In this document: piece by piece, positions 44,561 to 51,564 of the stretch | Numbering within the stretch: the stretch's first letter is position 1 | Layout: each line of letters starts with the position of its first letter | Origin: a candidate division WOR-3 bacterium | GTDB taxonomy: Bacteria > Hydrothermota > Tepidihabitantia > Tepidihabitantales > Tepidihabitantaceae | DNA length: 51,564 nucleotides | Direction of reading: 5' to 3' | NCBI GenBank assembly: GCA_965648905.1 | Contig: CBFGIT010000019.1 | Coordinates: 1-51,564 of the forward strand | Notes under the pieces: model-generated | Told to the model about the DNA's origin: nothing | The model's database searches: none | The model's input: only the letters and a program-made list of their open reading frames with translations | Translations under genes and position numbers: made by a program

Positions 44561-46231
44561 TCATCTCATCAGGTTCGGGTTGAGGGCGACGGCCTGTTCC
44601 AGTGCCTCGACTGCGCGCGTGGTCATACCCTTGTCCCGATAGGCGATGCCGAGGTTGTACCAGGCACCGTAGTGCTTGGGGTTGAGTTGGAGTGCGGTCT
44701 GGTAGCAGCGGATTGCGGCGTCGAGCTCATGTTTGTCGTAGTAGGCACGGCCCATGTTGTAGTGGGCCGCGGTGAAACCCGGCTCGATGCGGACCGCCGC
44801 ACGGTAGTGCTCGATTGCCCGGTCAATCTCCTGCTTTTCGAGAAACAGGTTGCCGAGATTGAAGTGTGCCTGGTAGTAGTCGGGCTGGTGCTCGAGTGCG
44901 GCCTCGAAAGCCGCTATGGCCTGGCTGGTATCGCCCATGCGTGTGTAGGCAAAGCCCATGTTGTTGTAGACCTCGGCTGAGTCAGGACGAAGTCGGAGGG
45001 CATGACGGAACGAATCCATTGCCCGGGGCCAGTCAGCAAGCACGGTGTAAGCGTTGGCAAGCAAGTGCCAGGCTTCGACCGAATCACGGTTCTCGGCCAG
45101 TGCCTGTTTCAGGATGCGGACCGCCTCCTGCGGTTCGTCATGGCGCAGTCGACAGGAGGCGAACTCGGTCATGACCTCGACACTCTGGGGCTTGAGCTCG
45201 AGTGCTCGTCGGTAGGAATCGCAGGCTTTGTCCCAGCGGCCTGTGCCGGCGAGGAAGCCGCCGAGGCGGCCGTAGCTGACGGCAAACAACTCGGCCAGGT
45301 CGAGGTCGCGGCAGTTGCGGGGCGCTTCTTCGTACAGGGGAGCGCTCGTGGTTACTTCCCAGTAGAGCGACTTCTCACCTGCTTCCACCGCCAGCGAGAG
45401 TACGCCGTCAGCAATCAGGAATCGGGTCTGCAGTCCGAGGCGGTCGAGCATAATCGCATCGAACAGCGCCAGTCCGAGTGAGCAACCCACCGGCCCGCTG
45501 TCCGAGAGATAGGCATCAATGACCTGGGTGAGCAGGAACTGGGGCCCGGCTCGTTCAGGCCGCATCTGCCACAGCGCGGCCCGGGCGGCAAAAACGAGCC
45601 CGGCAGCAAGCGCGGGACTTGGGTCCAGAGTGCGTTCAGGTTCATGGCTAAGCCACTGCGCCACGGCCGGCGTTGAGATGATGCGGGTGAACAGGGTGTC
45701 GAGACGCTCGCCGTAGCGAACCAGTTCTTCTTCTTCTCTAAGACCGGCGATGATGAACTGGCCGTAGGCGAGTGCGGTCGAGAGGCCATAGGTGCGCGAG
45801 ACCTGCTCAACAAAGGTGACGAGTTCGGCCGCGGTATGGTTGACCGCGCGCGGGCGCGCTTCCGGACATGCGAAGATATCCCGGATGCGGCCCGCCTCGG
45901 TGCCGGGGAGGATCCCGAGCGCACGTCGGGTGAGTTCGTCGCGTTCGGCCGCGCCGAGCAGGGTCTCGTTCAGCCGCTCGCTGACGAGCAGCGCCTCGGC
46001 ATGGCAGCGTGATGTTTCGACGTGGCGTTCGATATTGGGGCGCTGGCTGAACCCGTAGGTGCACAGGATGTCCGCTCGGACAATGGCCTGACTCGGGCGC
46101 TGGCGCCGGTGTCGGTCATGATGGTCAATCGGGAGGTCGGCCGGGTAGTAGCGGGCAGTGCGTTCGAGCAGGGCGGTGACTTCGGCAATGGCTTGAGCAA
46201 GTCGTTCGGGCGAGGCAGTGGAACCGGTCAT
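44561..46231 (-). CDS. TPR protein with central transglutaminase-like (SirB1-like) segment
   Basis: about 7 C-terminal TPRs; FLLTQVID...GCSLGLA...RLGL. Confidence 0.75.
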   Translation of the reverse strand: MTGSTASPERLAQAIAEVTALLERTARYYPADLPIDHHDRHRRQRPSQAIVRADILCTYGFSQRPNIERHVETSRCHAEALLVSERLNETLLGAAERDELTRRALGILPGTEAGRIRDIFACPEARPRAVNHTAAELVTFVEQVSRTYGLSTALAYGQFIIAGLREEEELVRYGERLDTLFTRIISTPAVAQWLSHEPERTLDPSPALAAGLVFAARAALWQMRPERAGPQFLLTQVIDAYLSDSGPVGCSLGLALFDAIMLDRLGLQTRFLIADGVLSLAVEAGEKSLYWEVTTSAPLYEEAPRNCRDLDLAELFAVSYGRLGGFLAGTGRWDKACDSYRRALELKPQSVEVMTEFASCRLRHDEPQEAVRILKQALAENRDSVEAWHLLANAYTVLADWPRAMDSFRHALRLRPDSAEVYNNMGFAYTRMGDTSQAIAAFEAALEHQPDYYQAHFNLGNLFLEKQEIDRAIEHYRAAVRIEPGFTAAHYNMGRAYYDKHELDAAIRCYQTALQLNPKHYGAWYNLGIAYRDKGMTTRAVEALEQAVALNPNLMR

Positions 46232-46389
46232 CCCGCCCCCTGCTGGAGCGAAAACCGAACGTTGCTACGGGATGGTGGTTTCTTGACTGGTGCGACGCGA
46301 CGTCCCAAACTGACAATAGTATAACCCAAATCGTGGTCAAGGCCAAGCCGGGCGTCGGCCGCTTTCGGCCCGGGTCCTCGGTCCGTTCC

Positions 46390-48582
46390 TCAGAACCGGC
46401 CGCCGATACCGATCAGCGGCATGAGCGGGATGCCGTCGGAACGGCCGGTGACGATTCGTCCATCCCGGTCTTCGAACTGCACCAGGTAGTAGGCGTTCTG
46501 CTGATTGTAGACGTTCAGTAGCTCTACGTAGAGATGCGGGCTGAGCGGCAGCCTGGGCAGTTCTTTCGACAACTTCAGGTCGAGCCGATGGTACATCGGT
46601 ACCCGGGCCGAATTCTTCTCACCTTCAATCACGTAGCGCGAGTGACCCCGATTCAGGTCCGAGCTTCTCACTTCCTGGGGTGAGCGGGTGTAGAGCAACG
46701 GCGTATAGGGCGCGCCCGAGTGCAGGTGGAAGGTGGCAGTCAGGGTCAGGTCGTGGGCGAATCGCCGCTCGAGCAGGAGGTTGACGCTGTGCCGACGGTC
46801 GTTTCGGTCCCAGTAGAGCATGGTGTCTTCGCCCTGCTGTTTCTGGCACCATGCCAGACCGTAGGTCAGCCAGCCGGTAAGACCGGCCAGGCGTACCTGT
46901 TCGATGGTCAGCTCGACTCCCTGGACACGGCCCTGACCCTTGTTGCCTACGTCGAGAAATTCGCCCTGGGATGTACGCCACGTCGGCAACGCGGAGTAGT
47001 TCTTACGATAGGCTTCAACCGTAATCCTGCCCGCGTTCCCGAGCGCAAATTCGCTGCCGAGCGAGTAGTGGTTCGCTGCCTTGGCGCCGAGCGCGTCCGA
47101 CTCGAAGAGCCGATACTCATCATACTGCCGGTCGAACACGAACGACGCGCACGAACTCCGCAGGAAACTGTAGGCATGCTGGTGCACGGTTCTGAATCCG
47201 GCCCGGAAGGCAACGCCTGAGCCGGCGCGCAGGTTCAGCAGCGCCCATGGCTCGAGCACGCGGTCACGGGCCCAGCGCACGTCCTCGTATCTCAGTCCCA
47301 GGTCGAGCCCGACCCGGGCAATCGGAGAAAACCCGGCGCTGGCAAACACTGCCCCACCATTGTCGGTCCGGCTCAACTCGTGTGGCGACAGGAGACTGCC
47401 AGTGAACCAGACCCGACTCAGCTCGGCACCGGCGTTCAGTTCGAGCAGGTCAACAGGCCGGCCCGAGCACTTGAACCGGATGCCGGACTCGTGCTGCGCG
47501 GTCCGGGCCGTGCCGGGCCAGGAGGCCGGGGTCATGCTGAAGTCGTGGGAGCCGGAGAAGACCTGAACGTTCGTGCTGGCTCGACCCAGACTGGACTCGA
47601 ACTCGAGCGCGAGCGATGACCCGGCCTCGTCGACCTCCCGGGTCTCACCGTGCAGGTCCGAGACAATGTGGTCGGTTCCGTTCACGACGGTTGCTCTGAG
47701 CCGGCTCTGGTCTTTGAAAGAGAACTCGGCCTGGCCGGTGAAATCGGAGAAGCTCGGACGATTGTACGAGCCGCCGCCGAGCGGGCCGAACAGGACATAG
47801 TAGTAAGTCCTTCGATAAGAGCCGAGCAGGCGCAGGTCGCCGAGTTCGGCGAGATAGGCAACCTTGGCATTCATCGGGTCATAGGCCCAGAAGCCCTGAC
47901 TCTGGTTCAGCCGGCGCGGCTGAACGACAACGATGCTTGACAGCGCGCCGCCGTAGCGGACCGGGAAACCGCTCGGGTAGAACGACATCCGCTCCACCAG
48001 GTCTGAGTTGATGACCGACGAAAACCCGAGCAGATGATAGGGCCAGAGCAGCTCCACGTTGCCGAAGAAAACCGAGCTCTCATCAGGGTCGCCGCCGCGC
48101 ACCGCATAGGCTCCGCTCCATTCACCCCGGCCCGAGTGGCCGACCCCGGGCAGAAAACTGAGGCTCCGAACCGGGTCGGCAACGAAACCGCCGGCATTTC
48201 GGGCCAGTTGTTCGCCTGAGAGTTCCCGGGTTGTTGCCGCTCTTTCGCCGGGCATGCGGCGCGACTCGACCGCCACGCCCGGAATCGCGATAACCTCGGG
48301 CATGAGCCGGAACACAACCCGCGCCACGCCGCGGGCCGGGACTTCAACTTCAAGGGTTTCGCTGGCAAATGCTACGTGGCTCGCGGTTATCGAGTACCTG
48401 CCGGCCTTGGCCGGACCAAGCACAAAGCCGCCGTTCGACTGGGTCGCGATACCCAGGCTCGTGCCGATGATGACGACGTTCGCTCCTTCAATCGGAGCGC
48501 CGGAAGCGTAGTCGGCCACAGTCCCGGAAACGAGCCCGGTGTGTACCGCGACGGCAAAGATTGTGATGAGGCTAGAAAACAA
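46390..48582 (-). CDS. TonB-dependent receptor with N-terminal CarboxypepD_reg-like domain
   Basis: GTVAD...GAPIEGANV; LPGV, VRGG, FPVRYGGALS plug motifs; YHRLD, LNVYN; terminal Phe. Confidence 0.88.
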   Translation of the reverse strand: MFSSLITIFAVAVHTGLVSGTVADYASGAPIEGANVVIIGTSLGIATQSNGGFVLGPAKAGRYSITASHVAFASETLEVEVPARGVARVVFRLMPEVIAIPGVAVESRRMPGERAATTRELSGEQLARNAGGFVADPVRSLSFLPGVGHSGRGEWSGAYAVRGGDPDESSVFFGNVELLWPYHLLGFSSVINSDLVERMSFYPSGFPVRYGGALSSIVVVQPRRLNQSQGFWAYDPMNAKVAYLAELGDLRLLGSYRRTYYYVLFGPLGGGSYNRPSFSDFTGQAEFSFKDQSRLRATVVNGTDHIVSDLHGETREVDEAGSSLALEFESSLGRASTNVQVFSGSHDFSMTPASWPGTARTAQHESGIRFKCSGRPVDLLELNAGAELSRVWFTGSLLSPHELSRTDNGGAVFASAGFSPIARVGLDLGLRYEDVRWARDRVLEPWALLNLRAGSGVAFRAGFRTVHQHAYSFLRSSCASFVFDRQYDEYRLFESDALGAKAANHYSLGSEFALGNAGRITVEAYRKNYSALPTWRTSQGEFLDVGNKGQGRVQGVELTIEQVRLAGLTGWLTYGLAWCQKQQGEDTMLYWDRNDRRHSVNLLLERRFAHDLTLTATFHLHSGAPYTPLLYTRSPQEVRSSDLNRGHSRYVIEGEKNSARVPMYHRLDLKLSKELPRLPLSPHLYVELLNVYNQQNAYYLVQFEDRDGRIVTGRSDGIPLMPLIGIGGRF

Positions 48583-48611
48583 CCACAGGAGTTTGCTCGA
48601 TAGTAGAATAG

Positions 48612-48640
48612 ATGATACCCGGTCGGTGCCCGGTTGTCAA
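48612..48640 (-). promoter_or_regulatory. sigma70-type promoter of the TonB-dependent receptor
   Basis: minus strand TTGACA-17 bp-TATCAT. Confidence 0.68.
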
Positions 48641-48681
48641 GGTATGCCCGAACTTACAGCGTGGTTGTTCCGAGGGCGAGC

Positions 48682-49941
48682 CTAGAATCCGAGCACGACC
48701 ACAGAGGTGTTGCCGGTGGTGATGTACGCCCGACTGCCGTCAGGCAGGAACGCAATGCCGTACCACGAATAGTATCCGCCCACTCCGGCGAGTTCGGTCA
48801 TGACCCGACTCGCGTCACGGTCGATGACGTAGGTGCATGCGCCGTCGCCTGTAACGTAGACGAACCGGCCGGCCGGGTGTATGGCGACACTTGTTGGCAT
48901 GATGTCGTCGAGATAGAAGAACGAGGTCATCTGGTAGTCTCGGGTACTGTATGAGCAGACGGTCTGGTCATTAAGGTTGGCGACATAGAGGTCCTGCCCG
49001 TCCGGAGTCAGGGCCAGGTGGTATGGAGAATAGCCGGTTGCAACAAGCCTGAGCTTGGCAAAGTCACCGGTCCGGTAGACGGCAATGAAGTTGCCGCTCA
49101 TCTCACCGCCAACAGTGAACAGCCGTGCGCCGTCAGCCGAAACGGCGAGCTGAATCGCGGCATGGTCGATGCGCCGCTTCCCCAGGATTGAGTCATTCTC
49201 GGTACTGACCACGGCGACAAGGTCATCGAACGAGTAGCCGCACGCGTAGAGATACCGGGCGTCGGGCGAAAGAGCAATGTCGTGAGTCTCAATGGCGATG
49301 CCTACTGTGCGCCGGATGCTCCAGTCGCTGGTCCGGATGGTACTGAAACCACCTGAATTCTGAGCATAGATGCGGTCGCCGTCAGGGTGCACCAGGATGC
49401 TCTGGCCGCCGCAAGGAAGCGAGGCGACGAGACTGTGGTCGCTGGTGTTGAACACCTTGAGCGATTCGTTGTCGCCCCGTCTGATGCCCACGTACAGGTA
49501 GCAGCCGTCAGGTGACACCGCAAGTCCACCGACTTCGCTGCCGACCGTGATGCGCTCGATGACCCGGCCTGGATAACCTGGTCTGGGCAGGACATGAACC
49601 GTCTGAGCGGCTGACCACTCGGAGACGTTTTCCCGAATGTCGCGGGCCTGAGCTCGGACACTGTGGTTCCCGGAAGTCTGCCAGCAGTGGGAAATTGTGA
49701 CCGCAGTGCCGCTTGTGACCGGTTCGGTCCAGGCCGAGGTATCGCCGTCGCCCCAGTCAAGACGATAGCACAGGCCTTCTGCTTCAGGGTCGCGGGCCTG
49801 AGTGGTCCAGTCGGTTGTGTCGCCGACCACAGCCCACTTCGGGCCGGTCGGAACTGCGGGAGCGTCCGGGTTCAGTCCCCCGCTGCAGCCGGCCAGACCG
49901 GCGCAGGCACATGCCAGGATGAAAGCAGGCGTCCTCGTCAT
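48682..49941 (-). CDS. lipoprotein with PKD-like domain and YVTN/YncE beta-propeller
   Basis: lipobox LAGC; DWGDG; SPDG/HPDG/TPDG blades; ATGA overlap with upstream paralog. Confidence 0.83.
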   Translation of the reverse strand: MTRTPAFILACACAGLAGCSGGLNPDAPAVPTGPKWAVVGDTTDWTTQARDPEAEGLCYRLDWGDGDTSAWTEPVTSGTAVTISHCWQTSGNHSVRAQARDIRENVSEWSAAQTVHVLPRPGYPGRVIERITVGSEVGGLAVSPDGCYLYVGIRRGDNESLKVFNTSDHSLVASLPCGGQSILVHPDGDRIYAQNSGGFSTIRTSDWSIRRTVGIAIETHDIALSPDARYLYACGYSFDDLVAVVSTENDSILGKRRIDHAAIQLAVSADGARLFTVGGEMSGNFIAVYRTGDFAKLRLVATGYSPYHLALTPDGQDLYVANLNDQTVCSYSTRDYQMTSFFYLDDIMPTSVAIHPAGRFVYVTGDGACTYVIDRDASRVMTELAGVGGYYSWYGIAFLPDGSRAYITTGNTSVVVLGF

Positions 49942-51296
49942 CGCTGCACCAGCTTCATCCCGGGGGCTCGTGCGCAACTGCCGCCCGTTGAGTACCCGAA
50001 CACCGTGACGTAGTCACATTGCTCATTCGCAACATAGACCCGGCCGTCAGACAGACAGACGACGCCGTATGGTCCGTACTCGTCTTCCACGTTCTCCCAG
50101 TCACTAACCCACGCGGCAAGGCGGTTGAAGCGTGTGTTGATGACGGCAACGGTCGGGTTCTCAAACAGGCCTTCTTCAATGAGGGCGAAGACGAATGCGC
50201 CATCGGCAGTTGCGGCCAGTGCTCCGGGAAGGGCATCCGGCCCGACCAGGATAACGGTATCCACGACCTGAAAGTCACTCAGCCGGACAACGCAGACGCC
50301 GGGCATTTCGGTTGCGAGGTCCTCACAAACCGAGACATAGGCATGACTGCCGTCAGGGAGAACCGTGATGTACGTCGGACAGTTGCCCACCGGCACGGTT
50401 TCGAGGATGGTCAGACTGCGCACGTCGACTGTTACCAGCCCGTCATAGGTTGAAACCAGGACTCGTGTTCCGTCGGGCGTCACCGCGATTCCGCCGGTGC
50501 CCTCGCCGACCCAGAGCGTCGCGACCAGGGTATTGTCTGCGGTCCGGATAACGTGAACGACCCCGTCGTCGCACTCGATAACGTAGAGGTATGAGCCATC
50601 AGGCAGAATGGCAATCTCGGTGGGGTCCTCGCCGACCTCGATGGTGTCAATGACCGAGTAGTCGGAAGTCCGAATTACGTAGACTGCTCCCGCTCCATTC
50701 TCAGCGGTTACATAGACGAGGCTGCCGTTCGGGTGGACAGCTATGCCCCAGGGGCGTTCGCCGACATCGAACGTGGCAATCACCTCGTTTGACGCCGTGC
50801 TAATCACCGACACGGTGTTGTCTTCGTAGTTAGTGACGTAGACGAAGCGCTCGTCCGCCGACGCGGCAATCTTCTCCGGAAAGGACCCGACGGCAATGGT
50901 CGCAATCACGCTGTCGGCAAAGCGCGGGCCCCCTTCGAGCGGCATCAGGTGGGCTGGTGACCAGTCTGAGAGCGCGCCGTGGATGTCCCTGGCCTGGGCT
51001 TTGACCGAGCAGGCGCTGACGCTGTGCCAGGCACAGGAGTCGCCGACCACTGTGCCGGATGGGACAAAGACGGTCCAGGCCGAGGTGCGGCCGTCGCCCC
51101 AGTCGAACCGCAAAGCGACACTGTCGGAATCCGGGTCTGCGGCCGAGGCGGTGAACAGATACAGGCTGTCACACCGGCCTGAGACCGGGCCGGTCGGGGT
51201 CGTCGGGGTTTCGGGCGGATTGTCGACAAGCGGTTTCCTTGAGCAGGCGGGCATGGCGACCAGCGCAGTTGCAAGCAGAAGCAAAGTGCGGTTCAA
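49938..51296 (-). CDS. lipoprotein with PKD-like domain and YVTN/YncE beta-propeller
   Basis: lipobox MPAC; FDWGDG; VYVTN...NTVSVI blades. Confidence 0.87.
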   Translation of the reverse strand: MNRTLLLLATALVAMPACSRKPLVDNPPETPTTPTGPVSGRCDSLYLFTASAADPDSDSVALRFDWGDGRTSAWTVFVPSGTVVGDSCAWHSVSACSVKAQARDIHGALSDWSPAHLMPLEGGPRFADSVIATIAVGSFPEKIAASADERFVYVTNYEDNTVSVISTASNEVIATFDVGERPWGIAVHPNGSLVYVTAENGAGAVYVIRTSDYSVIDTIEVGEDPTEIAILPDGSYLYVIECDDGVVHVIRTADNTLVATLWVGEGTGGIAVTPDGTRVLVSTYDGLVTVDVRSLTILETVPVGNCPTYITVLPDGSHAYVSVCEDLATEMPGVCVVRLSDFQVVDTVILVGPDALPGALAATADGAFVFALIEEGLFENPTVAVINTRFNRLAAWVSDWENVEDEYGPYGVVCLSDGRVYVANEQCDYVTVFGYSTGGSCARAPGMKLVQR

Positions 51297-51347
51297 GAGA
51301 TACTCCAGAGCAGCCCGGCACAGAACATCGTCCGGCCCGGCAGTACA

Positions 51348-51375
51348 AGTATGCCTGGCGCCAGCGGCTTGTCAA
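51348..51375 (-). promoter_or_regulatory. putative sigma70-type promoter of the lipoprotein pair
   Basis: minus strand TTGACA-16 bp-CATACT. Confidence 0.5.
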
Positions 51376-51564
51376 CTCGGCGCCCGACTGACTTACCCCC
51401 ACTGAATCTGTGTAGCCAAGCCCGGGAGAGTACGCTGGACTGTAGCCGTGCGGAGTGTGTCCCGCACTGTCCGCAGGTTGCTCAAACGTCGGTTCGGTTC
51501 TGCTCTCCGGTTCACACAACTGACCAATCTGACACTGCTCACCCTCGCCGCGCTGCACGGTGAG

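Noticed and set aside
51380..51564. Possible gene end or repeat at the right edge
   Set aside because: No recognisable motif in any frame

Overview
GC-rich bacterial chromosomal segment from a diderm organism. The T9SS-like C-terminal sorting domains and KGN(N/K)T Kelch-like propellers resemble candidate division WOR-3 or other FCB-related lineages; this taxonomy is an inference. Housekeeping content: pdxJ-secD-secF-pgpA-cinA(pncC)-thpR, fabD-GDT1-truD and a K+-dependent membrane pyrophosphatase. A surface-protein island (6.6-25 kb) holds a GT-C/TPR glycosyltransferase transcribed divergently from three paralogous secreted propeller-(Ig)n-Kelch-CTD proteins with 1, 3 and 9 Ig-like spacer repeats, plus a convergent S8 protease. 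Between the first two paralogs is the most unusual element: a GxxExxY (PD-(D/E)XK-like) gene flanked by ~250-bp direct repeats. Each repeat has internal inverted repeats and is preceded by 39/48-bp ACCACCAAG arrays that keep one reading frame open. Also present: an ECF sigma/anti-sigma operon, an HPN-variant J-domain protein, an OMP gene with a structured leader, a gluzincin-PD40-Omp85-like fusion, a mini GIY-YIG protein, an S55 peptidase/propeller operon, GNAT and TPR proteins, a TonB-dependent receptor and two YVTN lipoproteins. No rRNA, tRNA, CRISPR array or transposase was recognised. All calls come from reading the sequence by eye; no database searches were run.
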